This document shows positions 29,101-37,293 of a DNA stretch of 64,000 nt, one piece after another. The position numbers and the translations under genes were made by a program. The notes under the pieces are model-generated. The model was not told where the DNA came from, did not search any database, and was given only the letters and a program-made list of their open reading frames with translations. Within the stretch, counting starts at the first letter, position 1. The number at the start of each line of letters is the position of its first letter. Origin of the DNA: a virus (lineage: Duplodnaviria; Heunggongvirae; Uroviricota; Caudoviricetes); the IMG/VR virus record IMGVR_UViG_3300046355_000236. The stretch is one strand, 5' to 3'.

Positions 29101-31259
29101 CCCGAGCATATAGAAACCCATATAATGCTGTATGGTACACGGGTTACTATGCTGCTGGTTACGCTGGTTGGTATTCTGGCTATTATGCTGGCTCACGTGC
29201 ACGTAGTTATACTGGATACTACGCTGGATCGCGCGCGCTTACATTTACAAGAGCGTTTACTGGTAGCTACACTGGATACTACAACAGAACATTTACTGGT
29301 GCTTATAGCGGCGCCTATAACGGTGCATTCACGGGAATTTATTCTGGTGGATATATTGGATCCTTTACTGGCGCATATTCCGGTGGCTACATTGGCTCAT
29401 TTACAGGGGCATATGCCGGTGCGTATGCTGGCAGCTACCAAGGAAACTTTACGGGTGCGTACTCTGGCGCATACAATAACACCTTCACTGGCATTTACTC
29501 TGGTGGATATGCAGGAGCGTACGCTGGTGCATACGCTGGCGCGTATGTTGGAAACTACACTGGATCGTTTAGCGGTATATACAGTGGTGCATACAACCAA
29601 ACGTTCACAGGAGCATATTCAGGTGGTTATGTAGGTGCGTTCACTGGTGTTTGGGCGGGTGCATATGCTGGTAATTACTCCGGATCATTCAGTGGATTGT
29701 ATAGTGGAGCATACAACCAAACATTTACAGGGGCATATTCTGGTGGATATGTAGGCGCATTTACCGGTGCCTGGGCTGGTGCTTATGCGGGCAATTACTC
29801 CGGATCATTTAGCGGTCTATACTCTGGTGCGTATAACAACACCTTCACCGGTGCATACTCAGGTGGATACGTTGGTGCGTTTACCGGTGTTTGGGCAGGG
29901 GCATATGCAGGTAATTACTCTGGATCATTCAGCGGCCTGTTTTCAGGTGCATACAACCAAACATTCACTGGAGCTTATTCAGGTGGATACGTAGGTGCAT
30001 TTACCGGAGTTTGGGCAGGAGCATATGCAGGTAATTACTCCGGTTCGTTTAGTGGTTTATACAGCGGAGCATATAACCAAACGTTTACTGGTGCATATGC
30101 TGGTGGTTATGTTGGTACATTCTCCGGTATTTACTCTGGCAACTTCGTTGGATCGTATTCGAATTCGTTCACTGGCGCTTTTGCTGGAGCATACAATCAA
30201 GCGTTCACTGGCGCTTTCGCTGGTAACTACACAGGCGTATTCTCAGGAATATATTCTGGTGGGTACTCTGGATCATACAACCAGGTATTCTCTGGTGCAT
30301 ATTCTGGTACCTACAATACAGGATACTCTGGCGCATATGTTGGAAATTACAACAGCGTTTTCACTGGCGCTTTTGCTGGCGCATATGTAGGCAACTACTC
30401 AGGTTCCTTTACCGGATTGTACAGCGGAGCATACACTCAAACATTTACAGGTGCATATGCAGGTGGATACACTGGTGCATTCACAGGGGTTTGGACTGGA
30501 TTCTACTCTGGCGGTTATGTTGGAACGTTTACTGGTGCATATGCTGGTGGTTATAATTCCACATTCTCCGGCATATATGTCGGTGGTTATGCTAACACGT
30601 TCTCTGGTGTTTATAGCGGATCTTACAACACAACCTACACTGCAGTATATTCAGGTGCATATAACCAAACATTCTCTGGTGCATACTCTGGTGGTTATAC
30701 TGGATCGTTTAGTACAGCATACACTGGTGGATATTCATCAGGGTTTACTGGTGCGTTTACTGGCCTATACAACCAAACGTTCACCGGTAACTTCTCTGGT
30801 GCATATGCAGGTGGATACACCGGCACATTCTCTGGCGCATATGTCGGTGGGTATGGCAACACATTCTCTCGCACATTTACAGGAATATACACCGGCGTGT
30901 ATAGTAACGTATTTACAGGCGTTTATAACCAAGCATTCACTAGCCAATTTACCGGTGTATACAATCAAGCATTTACTGGTGCGTTTAGTAGTGCATTTAC
31001 AGGTCAGTTCACTGGTCAATATGCGCAACAATTTACAAGCGTATACACTGCTGCATACACAGGCGCGTTTACAGGATCATATACATCAGCATATACTGGC
31101 CAGTATACTCAAATGTTTACAGGAACATTTACCGGCGTTTATTCCGCAACTTACACCGGTCTATATACAAGAGCATATGTAGGAACATACACAGGACTGA
31201 CAATTGTTTCTACACCACAAACAGTTGCGACACTTAAACTTTGGGTACGGACATCATGA
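26148..31259 (+). CDS. Virion fibre-like protein B (1703 aa): paralog of A with ~1430-aa x-G-x-[YF] tract
   Basis: Same modular N-terminus (KPL...MS..DI, G.HP, GTW) and C-terminus (TGLT.V...LKLWVRT) as protein A. Confidence 0.75.
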   Translation: MPVKPLKYIEISGSPSTQIMSNTDITDYVAKLIGTEFASTTGVGSLGVGSLANGTSIGTWVDTYYPNAIGDHPIDPAAVTVSNTTLYQDVSNGSLTGIFSRPVGWDTSNNVPQLLSDSDIDTSITSVIANYVVNGGVGSYVLQPTAPATGTWVSRGTLTNTQAPSVTNTTTLWQKTAESTGSAVRLLKLANGGFQQFSDADIRNLTFKLRNYIVNSGIGKYVLSTTTPVTPGTWVQAGTGFDDIRLSLEDGFYAGAYNSTFTGGYTATYSGNYNNTFSSAFTSTYSSSYSGAYNSAFSRAYTSVYTGAFTGQYNQAFTGAFSRAFTGAFTGQYNQAFTGNFTGVYANAFTGQYSGNYVGAFSTVFSGAYTGAYNQTFTGSYIGTYLSNYTGAFSGAYASTFTGTFTGAYTAAYSAVFTGQYSGGYTSAFTGSYTSAYTTAYTGAYTGAYSNVFSGAYTGGYTTTFTGLYSGAYSRTFTGAYAGSYTGVFNQTFTGSYLGGYVGSFTGAYAGAYSRVFSGSYTGIYSGGYTGAFSGSYTGIYTAAYTGLYSGGYTGAFTGIYTGAYTGAFNQSFSGLYSGSYTSAFTGLYSGTYTSAFSGSYTGAYTGAYSQVFTGSYSGGYVGTFTGAYAGAYSRVFTGSYTGAYTGTYNQTFTGSYSGGYVGSFTGAYAGAYSRVFTGSYTGAYTGIYNQTFTGSYSGGYVGSFTGAYAGAYSRVFTGSYSGIYTGVYNQTFTGSYSGGYVGSFTGAYAGAYSRVFTGSYTGAYTGVYNQTFTGSYSGGYTRAFTGAYVGAYSRVFSGSYTGLYTGLYTGIYTGLYSGGYVGSFTGLYSGTYSRIFSGSYTGLYSGVYQNTFTGLYSGVYQSTFTGAYSGNYTRAFTGSYAGNYIASYAGAYAGTYNTGYIGYYAPGGAVYYTGLYTGFYSAYYAGNYINPFNGATYTGGYLGSRARSFAGGYTAGAGYAGTYTGFYAAGYLGSYLGYYGGSRARAYRNPYNAVWYTGYYAAGYAGWYSGYYAGSRARSYTGYYAGSRALTFTRAFTGSYTGYYNRTFTGAYSGAYNGAFTGIYSGGYIGSFTGAYSGGYIGSFTGAYAGAYAGSYQGNFTGAYSGAYNNTFTGIYSGGYAGAYAGAYAGAYVGNYTGSFSGIYSGAYNQTFTGAYSGGYVGAFTGVWAGAYAGNYSGSFSGLYSGAYNQTFTGAYSGGYVGAFTGAWAGAYAGNYSGSFSGLYSGAYNNTFTGAYSGGYVGAFTGVWAGAYAGNYSGSFSGLFSGAYNQTFTGAYSGGYVGAFTGVWAGAYAGNYSGSFSGLYSGAYNQTFTGAYAGGYVGTFSGIYSGNFVGSYSNSFTGAFAGAYNQAFTGAFAGNYTGVFSGIYSGGYSGSYNQVFSGAYSGTYNTGYSGAYVGNYNSVFTGAFAGAYVGNYSGSFTGLYSGAYTQTFTGAYAGGYTGAFTGVWTGFYSGGYVGTFTGAYAGGYNSTFSGIYVGGYANTFSGVYSGSYNTTYTAVYSGAYNQTFSGAYSGGYTGSFSTAYTGGYSSGFTGAFTGLYNQTFTGNFSGAYAGGYTGTFSGAYVGGYGNTFSRTFTGIYTGVYSNVFTGVYNQAFTSQFTGVYNQAFTGAFSSAFTGQFTGQYAQQFTSVYTAAYTGAFTGSYTSAYTGQYTQMFTGTFTGVYSATYTGLYTRAYVGTYTGLTIVSTPQTVATLKLWVRTS
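26904..31190 (+). repeat. Tetrapeptide coding repeat with higher-order 120-nt (40-aa) duplications in both halves
   Basis: N-arm units at 27639, 27999, 28119, 28239, 28359, 28479, 28599; C-arm units at 29475, 29595, 29715, 29835, 29955, 30075, 30435. Confidence 0.92.
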
Positions 31260-31696
31260 AGAGAACTATTAAAAATCCACACTGGACAAACAACGCACGT
31301 ACTGTCCTTTCTGCTGAATTCCATTATGAAGATGGGCGCGTGCTTACAGCTACGATCAGTGATTCAGATAAGGGCAATCCAGATCTGGTTGAAATTTTGG
31401 CGAACTTTACGGCTGAGGAGCTAGAAGCAAACACTGCTAGAGCTATCAAGCGCCAAAGTCAGGAAATGGAATCCAGACGCCGCCAAGAAGAAGCAATGGC
31501 AGAAAAAGCACTGCAAGAGGAACTGTTTGCAGTTAAACTAAAAGCTTTCGAGCTAGATGTTGTCAAAGGTACAACTAACCGTGCCTTGAAATCACAAATT
31601 CGCCGAGCAAAGAGTGTATTTGAGGTGTACGCATACACAGCAGCCTTGATTCTTGACAACCAACAAAACCCACCAACTGATTCGACTGCGGAGTAA
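31256..31696 (+). CDS. Putative fibre assembly chaperone
   Basis: MKRTIKNPHWTNNARTVLSAEF resembles tail-fibre-assembly N-termini; followed by a coiled coil; ATGA-coupled to fibre B. Confidence 0.45.
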   Translation: MKRTIKNPHWTNNARTVLSAEFHYEDGRVLTATISDSDKGNPDLVEILANFTAEELEANTARAIKRQSQEMESRRRQEEAMAEKALQEELFAVKLKAFELDVVKGTTNRALKSQIRRAKSVFEVYAYTAALILDNQQNPPTDSTAE

Positions 31697-31699
31697 ATA

Positions 31700-32410
31700 A
31701 TGGATATTGATAATGGATTTCTTCTCGTGGCATCGGTCACGGAAGATTATGTGAAGTCTGCAAATTATTCGGCTGATAGCATCCGCGATTATTATCCAGA
31801 TGCTCATATTACTTTATTCGTGCCGCCTGCACTTCGTCACTTGGCAGATGATTCTGCATTTGATTTGATTGTATCAGACCCAGATGTACCAAATCACACA
31901 CGGACAAAATTGTATGCTTTGTCTCGTACTCCATATAAGAATTTAACTGTATATGTGGATGCTGACATGGAATGCATGCACGAAGACGTTCAAAACATTT
32001 GGAACGAAATGCCCGACGACTGTGATATCTTGATCACCAAGATCAGACCATACAATGGTAAGATTTCAAAATGGGCAACAGGTGAAATGATCTACCATGG
32101 TGGTTTCTTCATGTACCGCACCAATCCAAAGACAATTGATTTTATGGATCGTTGGTGGGTGGACTACCATAAACAACGTGCAGAGCCATGGCCATATGAT
32201 GAAAGCGAGATTCCAGTCACACTAAGACCATGGGACCAGTTTACATTTTGGAAGCTGCTAAATATTGACAAACTAGATACAAATGTTCAAGTGTTTAAAG
32301 ACGATGCTCGATGGAACTTTGTTAACGGTTATCGCTTGAACGAAAACAAAGACCCAATCGTTTTCTACCACCACACTATTCCATCCAGACGCGAGGACAC
32401 TAAAAAATGA
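31700..32410 (+). CDS. GT-A-fold glycosyltransferase-like protein
   Basis: RTKLYAL..TPY...TVYVDAD (DxD), HGG.F.Y, W...W, WDQF, D.RWNF, HH motifs. Confidence 0.75.
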   Translation: MDIDNGFLLVASVTEDYVKSANYSADSIRDYYPDAHITLFVPPALRHLADDSAFDLIVSDPDVPNHTRTKLYALSRTPYKNLTVYVDADMECMHEDVQNIWNEMPDDCDILITKIRPYNGKISKWATGEMIYHGGFFMYRTNPKTIDFMDRWWVDYHKQRAEPWPYDESEIPVTLRPWDQFTFWKLLNIDKLDTNVQVFKDDARWNFVNGYRLNENKDPIVFYHHTIPSRREDTKK

Positions 32411-33027
32411 AATCAATTGATATTGTAAACCTAGAATTAAAAAACATCCTTGACGAGTTTATGGCTGTCCTGCAGAACTGCGATCGCTCGGAATATCCGT
32501 ATGGAAATTGGACAGATATTACTCCTGACTATGCATGTGGTATGGAATACCTAGAACATATGCAGGGTAAAAAGGTTGATGGCTTTCCGGAAAAAACACT
32601 AGGGGTTGATCTATCACGCTTTACTCCACCACAAGAGTCGTTGCGCAAAGCTCTTACCAAACTCGATCATGATTTGATTGCATGGTCCGGCTCTCGAAAC
32701 AATGCGGTCAAGATGTTGTATCCTAAGGGTGGTTACATGGGCTGGCACCACAATGCAAACGCAGCTGGTTACAATATTCTGTTGTCCTGGTCCAAAGATG
32801 GTAAAGGCTACTTCCGGTACCAGGATCCAATCACAAAGGAAATTGTTACAATGCAGGATACGCCTGGTTGGACATGCAAGGTTGGGTACTACGGACCATG
32901 GCATGAAAAAGACCGTATTTACTGGCACTGTGCTAATGCAGCACACGAAGAAAGATTCACGCTAGGCTACATTATTCCTCATGAAGGAATGTGGCAAGAT
33001 ATGTGTGACGATATTCAGAGCAAATAA
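32407..33027 (+). CDS. 2OG-Fe(II) oxygenase-like protein
   Basis: YPKGGYMGWHHN...YWHC......R.TLG double-stranded beta-helix signature (HxN...H triad, Arg for 2OG). Confidence 0.75.
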   Translation: MKSIDIVNLELKNILDEFMAVLQNCDRSEYPYGNWTDITPDYACGMEYLEHMQGKKVDGFPEKTLGVDLSRFTPPQESLRKALTKLDHDLIAWSGSRNNAVKMLYPKGGYMGWHHNANAAGYNILLSWSKDGKGYFRYQDPITKEIVTMQDTPGWTCKVGYYGPWHEKDRIYWHCANAAHEERFTLGYIIPHEGMWQDMCDDIQSK

Positions 33028-33752
33028 TAATCTGAATAAGACTGATAATCCCGTGGCGTTGTTGGACCATTCAACAGTACCACGGGAATTTTTTTGACTA
33101 TTTCAATAAACTTGCTTGGGCGGTATCCAAAATCAACTGGATCGTGTTGCTCATTCATATTGTGATCGACGCCGTACATATGTGAATAGAACTTCATCGC
33201 TGGAAAGTATTCTGTAGATGATCCTGCTGAGTGGTGTTCATAAAACATAAACGAATCCATTCCCCAATAGTACTTGGTCATAAACTTTTCAGGGTCTTTG
33301 ATAAAATGATCCCATATTGGTCTGGCTAGTGGCGACCTCCATGTCATACAGCTGCTGTTGAAAGGGTGGTGGTGCTCAATAGTATGGTATTGATGTTTTT
33401 TACGCCACACAGCATTGATAACTGTAAGAGCTCCACTGTTTGTATCAATGAGGTCGTCAATGTTTGATTTAATAACAAGGTCTAAATCGAAGTACATACG
33501 TGGACCATTGGGTAGTTGGCTATCAAACTGCTCACTGAACATGAACAGCTTGTTATACACAATTACATCGAGCCCGTGATCCACATAGTCAATACACGCT
33601 ATGTTTTTATCAACACCAGTCTTGTCGTCTGTGTAACAAAAGAAGTTGAACGGCCTACTGATATTCTTCTGACACATTCTAAATAGGTTGTTGACCATAG
33701 ATGTGTCATATTTACGGCCAAGTTTAACGCATATAATGTTTAGAGATTCCAT
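33015..33752 (-). CDS. GT-A-fold glycosyltransferase-like protein (inverted orientation)
   Basis: IICVK.G.KY....VN.L..M...N....F.F.C.TDD, KL.MF, YFDLD.VI (DxD), FNSS.M.W motifs. Confidence 0.8.
   Translation of the reverse strand: MESLNIICVKLGRKYDTSMVNNLFRMCQKNISRPFNFFCYTDDKTGVDKNIACIDYVDHGLDVIVYNKLFMFSEQFDSQLPNGPRMYFDLDLVIKSNIDDLIDTNSGALTVINAVWRKKHQYHTIEHHHPFNSSCMTWRSPLARPIWDHFIKDPEKFMTKYYWGMDSFMFYEHHSAGSSTEYFPAMKFYSHMYGVDHNMNEQHDPVDFGYRPSKFIEIVKKIPVVLLNGPTTPRDYQSYSDYYLL
33679..33685 (+). promoter_or_regulatory. Late promoter variant CTAAATA inside the inverted GT, facing the methyltransferase
   Basis: Motif match about 70 nt upstream of ATG 33754. Confidence 0.35.
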
Positions 33753-33753
33753 A

Positions 33754-34332
33754 ATGTATCAGTATTTAACTTCTTTGTCAGGTGTTTTGAGATCTGGTGC
33801 AAATGTGGATGATATTGCAGACTCGTTAAGCGATACACAATATAGATCAAAATTATGGCTCGTTGAAACGTTGGCAAAGCAATCGTTCCCTGCAAATCCC
33901 AGAGTACTTATTCTCGGTGGTTGGTATGGTAGTTATTTGGTGCCAATGCTTAACGAGCACATAAAACCATCTCACATATTCTTGAACGATATTAATGTGG
34001 ATGTGTTGAAAGTAGCCAAAGCTCTTCACAAGAATACACCGAACTGCTCTGTAGAACACTTCGATGCAACTTACCAATATCACAGGTACGATGTTGATAT
34101 TGTGATCAATACATCATGTGAGCATATGAGCTATTATGGATATATGCTTGGGGAACCTTCAAATGTTCTTTACGTGTTGCAATCATGTGATAACAATAAT
34201 GATCCCGGCCATGTCAACACAGCATCGAGTACAGATGATTTTGCGGCTAAATTGAACTTGAAACAAATAGTTTTCGCTGGAAGACAGGCGCTTGGACACA
34301 AAAACAGGTTTATGATCATTGGTCACAACTAG
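33754..34332 (+). CDS. Class I SAM-dependent methyltransferase-like protein
   Basis: SK.WL, VLILGGWYG (motif I), DIN, DIVINTSCEHM, LQS, H.N motifs. Start placed at ATG 33754. Confidence 0.75.
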   Translation: MYQYLTSLSGVLRSGANVDDIADSLSDTQYRSKLWLVETLAKQSFPANPRVLILGGWYGSYLVPMLNEHIKPSHIFLNDINVDVLKVAKALHKNTPNCSVEHFDATYQYHRYDVDIVINTSCEHMSYYGYMLGEPSNVLYVLQSCDNNNDPGHVNTASSTDDFAAKLNLKQIVFAGRQALGHKNRFMIIGHN

Positions 34333-34344
34333 GTTTAGCAGTTT

Positions 34345-34352
34345 TATAAATA
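34345..34352 (+). promoter_or_regulatory. T4 late promoter TATAAATA
   Basis: Exact consensus in intergenic DNA, 30 nt before the next ATG. Confidence 0.8.
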
Positions 34353-34382
34353 GAGCAGAATAACAATAACATCGGTTGAAAA

Positions 34383-34712
34383 ATGGCGATCAAGGCAAAT
34401 CTCATTATAGATCAGGGAGTCGACTACTCAACCACCATTGAATTAACAAATGATAATGGTGAAGCAGTTAGTCTTTCTGGATACTCAGCACAGGCACAGA
34501 TGCGTAAAACGTACACGTCATTGAATGCTGTGAGTTTTAGTGTTACCTTAGCGGATTCGCTAGGAGCGGTTATATTGGGGCTGTCAGCTAATACGACAGC
34601 CAATATGACGCCAGGTCGTTTTGTTTATGATGTACTACTAACGAATAATATTGGTGTCAAATCCCGTATCGTTGAAGGCATCGTGACACTTACTCCAAGA
34701 GTGACCAAATGA
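34383..34712 (+). CDS. Conserved virion protein (beta-sandwich, baseplate/fibre-adaptor-like)
   Basis: NL.IDQG.D....I.L....G....L.GY.A.AQMRK.Y...G...YD motif common in T4-like fibre loci. Confidence 0.6.
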   Translation: MAIKANLIIDQGVDYSTTIELTNDNGEAVSLSGYSAQAQMRKTYTSLNAVSFSVTLADSLGAVILGLSANTTANMTPGRFVYDVLLTNNIGVKSRIVEGIVTLTPRVTK

Positions 34713-34930
34713 CAAATATTGTTGTTAAATTCAATCCTGGTGGTGGACTGCAACAGACGTCCACCCCAATCACGTTAAAAAATACCATTGATACGAGTCA
34801 GAGGCTTGATAGGCTATTTGACGTCGTAGCTGATACGGATAGTACACCGTCAGGCAGCACCCTTGTTTATGATCCGGTAACAGACAAGTACATAGTAAAA
34901 CTGCTCGACCTAGATGGGGGATCTTTCTAA
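34709..34930 (+). CDS. Small virion protein ending in LDGGSF
   Basis: 73 aa; the DGG.F terminus is shared with the next gene. Confidence 0.55.
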   Translation: MTNIVVKFNPGGGLQQTSTPITLKNTIDTSQRLDRLFDVVADTDSTPSGSTLVYDPVTDKYIVKLLDLDGGSF

Positions 34931-36877
34931 ATGGCAAACTTAATTCAAGTAAAAAGAAGTGCGTTAACCGCAGTTCCAACAACAACTACCGACATCGTTT
35001 ATGGTGAGTTAGCATATTCCTTCGAGGGAACGTCTAATTCGCTGTTTATTGGTAACTCCTCTAACGTCGCCGTACGTATTGCTGGTGGTAAGTATCCTTG
35101 GCTGCACAATGCAAACGTTACTGCTCCCGGTACGCTTGTTGCAAACGCTGTCGTCATTACGGATGCTAACTCGTTCGTCAACGAACTGCGCACACCAAAA
35201 CTAACGATCAATACATCTGGTACGACGACTACCTTTATTAATACGTTTGGTTTAGCAGCTAACTCAACACAGCTTGGTGGAACTGTTGGTGGCTCAAACA
35301 CCGAAATCGTTTCTTCTTGGGCTATTAAGACATATGTTGATGGTAAGACTGGTGCTCTTGGTGGCAGCATTACCAACACACAGATCGTATACAGCAATAG
35401 TGGTACGCTAACCGGCTCTGCAGATTACACGTTCAACAACGTAAGTAACACAATTGCAATTGGTAGTGGTGGTGTTGTCGGTATCAGTTTGACAGGTTCT
35501 AACGGCTTTATTAACACAAAAGGTGAAGTCAGATCCAATACCATTATGCAAGTGTTGGCAGGTGGCACACCTCTGACAGTTACCAACGGTCTGTTCATGT
35601 CAACAGCAAACGTTGATAACTACGCACAAATTGGTATTCAGAACAAAGGTGGTGCAACAACTGCTAATACATCTTCTGATATTGTAGCATACGTTGCTGG
35701 TGCACTTGCATCTGATTCAACTGGCTTTGTTGACATGGGTATTACTGCTAACGGTTTCAACCAAGCAGCATACTCTGTTACACAAGGTTCAGAAGGTTAC
35801 ATCTTCTCATCTGCACTATCTGGTTCGCTGGGTTCTGGTTCTCTTGTTCTAGCAACAGATTCCACAGGTACCAACAACAGTATCCGTTTCTATGTTAACG
35901 GCTTTAACCAAGCAGTCACAAGCGCTGCGATGGTTATTGCTAGCAACACGAACGTCGGTATCGGTAACAATGCTCCTGCCCACAAGTTAGTTGTTGGCGG
36001 CACAATGAAGGTTAATGGTAACACCACATTCGATGGTACCACAGCACATACCGGTGCAGCAACGTTCTCTAACACCACCTCACACACCGGTGCAGCAACG
36101 TTCTCTAACACCGTACAGATGAACGGTTCTGGTGCCAACGTTGCTGGTACACTTGGTGTTGCAGGGGCGGCTGCACTAGCCTCTAGCGTAACCTTAGGTA
36201 CGACATCGGCTGATGTATTGACTCTAAATGCACGTCTTGGCACATCCATTGTCCCATCTGCTAACATTACTGTTGATCTAGGTACATCAAACCTACGCTG
36301 GGCTACGGTTTACACTCAAGATCTTAATATCGGTCGTGATTTGTCTGTCTCTGGTAACTTGACTGTTTCTGGTACCCTGACCACGATCTCTTCAACAAAC
36401 TTGACTGTCACTGATCCGTTGATTAAGGTTGCTAACGGCAACACAACAACAGACATTCTCGACGTTGGTATCTTTGGCGCATTTGGTAACGTAACAACAA
36501 CATCATATACTGGTTTGTTCCGTGACGCCACAGACTCACGTTACAAGTTGTTTACAGGTAACATTCCTGAACCAACGACTACCGTCGATACAGCGAACGT
36601 AAACTTTGCATATGCTGACTTGCAAGTTGGTACGCTGTTTGCTAATAAGGTAAGCACAGCAAACGCACAGATTACTGGCGGTTCAATCACTGGTATCGTA
36701 GATCTAGCTGTTGCAGATGGTGGTACAGGTCAATCAACCTTTACCAGCAATGGTATTTTGTTTGGTAACAATGGCAACGCCCTGCAAGTTACTGCAGCAG
36801 GTACACAAGGCCAAGTTCTTCAAGCCGGTTCCGGCGGCGTGCCAGCATTTGGTACTTTGGACGGCGGCACGTTTTAA
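34931..36877 (+). CDS. Tail fibre protein (IQVKRS...GELA N-terminal fibre-attachment motif)
   Basis: MANLIQVKRS...YGELAYS, DPLIKVA.GN, L.VADGGTG, terminal LDGGTF. Confidence 0.75.
   Translation: MANLIQVKRSALTAVPTTTTDIVYGELAYSFEGTSNSLFIGNSSNVAVRIAGGKYPWLHNANVTAPGTLVANAVVITDANSFVNELRTPKLTINTSGTTTTFINTFGLAANSTQLGGTVGGSNTEIVSSWAIKTYVDGKTGALGGSITNTQIVYSNSGTLTGSADYTFNNVSNTIAIGSGGVVGISLTGSNGFINTKGEVRSNTIMQVLAGGTPLTVTNGLFMSTANVDNYAQIGIQNKGGATTANTSSDIVAYVAGALASDSTGFVDMGITANGFNQAAYSVTQGSEGYIFSSALSGSLGSGSLVLATDSTGTNNSIRFYVNGFNQAVTSAAMVIASNTNVGIGNNAPAHKLVVGGTMKVNGNTTFDGTTAHTGAATFSNTTSHTGAATFSNTVQMNGSGANVAGTLGVAGAAALASSVTLGTTSADVLTLNARLGTSIVPSANITVDLGTSNLRWATVYTQDLNIGRDLSVSGNLTVSGTLTTISSTNLTVTDPLIKVANGNTTTDILDVGIFGAFGNVTTTSYTGLFRDATDSRYKLFTGNIPEPTTTVDTANVNFAYADLQVGTLFANKVSTANAQITGGSITGIVDLAVADGGTGQSTFTSNGILFGNNGNALQVTAAGTQGQVLQAGSGGVPAFGTLDGGTF
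36047..36112 (+). repeat. 2 x 36-nt tandem coding repeat (HTGAATFSNTTS)
   Basis: Near-identical copies at 36047 and 36083. Confidence 0.85.
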
Positions 36878-36896
36878 TTAATTTTTGGAATATATT

Positions 36897-37247
36897 ATGG
36901 AAACTGATTTTATAAACCTTTTTGTTCAAAAGCAAAAAGATATGATTAATGATTTGATAGCACGGGTAGTGATGTTGGACACAAGAGCATCACTATCCGA
37001 AGCAAAGGTTCAAAAATTAGCTGAGGCAGAAGAGTTAGTAACATCTCTTCGTAGCCAGCTGAATAATACTGTTATTGAACGGGATGCTAAAAGCGCTGTT
37101 GTCGATTTGAAGGTTCAGAAGATAAATGAACTAGAGGAACGGATGGCTACAGTTAGCAGCCAGCTCAGTGACGTTGTTACAGAACGCGACGCTTTGAAGC
37201 AACAAATTGTAGCGTTAAGAAAAGCTGCTAAATCAATTAGCGAATAA
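36897..37247 (+). CDS. Coiled-coil hypothetical protein
   Basis: Heptad-rich, 116 aa from ATG 36897. Confidence 0.6.
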   Translation: METDFINLFVQKQKDMINDLIARVVMLDTRASLSEAKVQKLAEAEELVTSLRSQLNNTVIERDAKSAVVDLKVQKINELEERMATVSSQLSDVVTERDALKQQIVALRKAAKSISE

Positions 37248-37254
37248 ACAAAAC

Positions 37255-37277
37255 AAGGGCGTATATACGCCCTTTTC
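37255..37277 (+). terminator. Rho-independent terminator
   Basis: Perfect palindrome AAGGGCGTAT/ATACGCCCTT followed by TT in intergenic DNA. Confidence 0.7.
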
Positions 37278-37293
37278 TCCTACATAGGAACAT

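Noticed and set aside
27639-30555. 120-nt periodic repeats as a CRISPR array or DGR template/variable pair
   Set aside because: They are contiguous in-frame coding units without unique spacers; differences are synonymous rather than adenine-specific; no cas or reverse transcriptase gene in the window.
26869-31182. Many alternate-frame ORFs of 80-240 aa inside fibre B
   Set aside because: By-products of the low-complexity tetrapeptide code; they translate to L/V/H/I-rich sequence with no recognisable motif.
24629-31259. Similarity to ice-nucleation proteins or collagen
   Set aside because: Period is 4 (x-G-x-aromatic), not the 8/16-mer AGYGSTxT or G-X-Y triplet; no TxT motif ladder.
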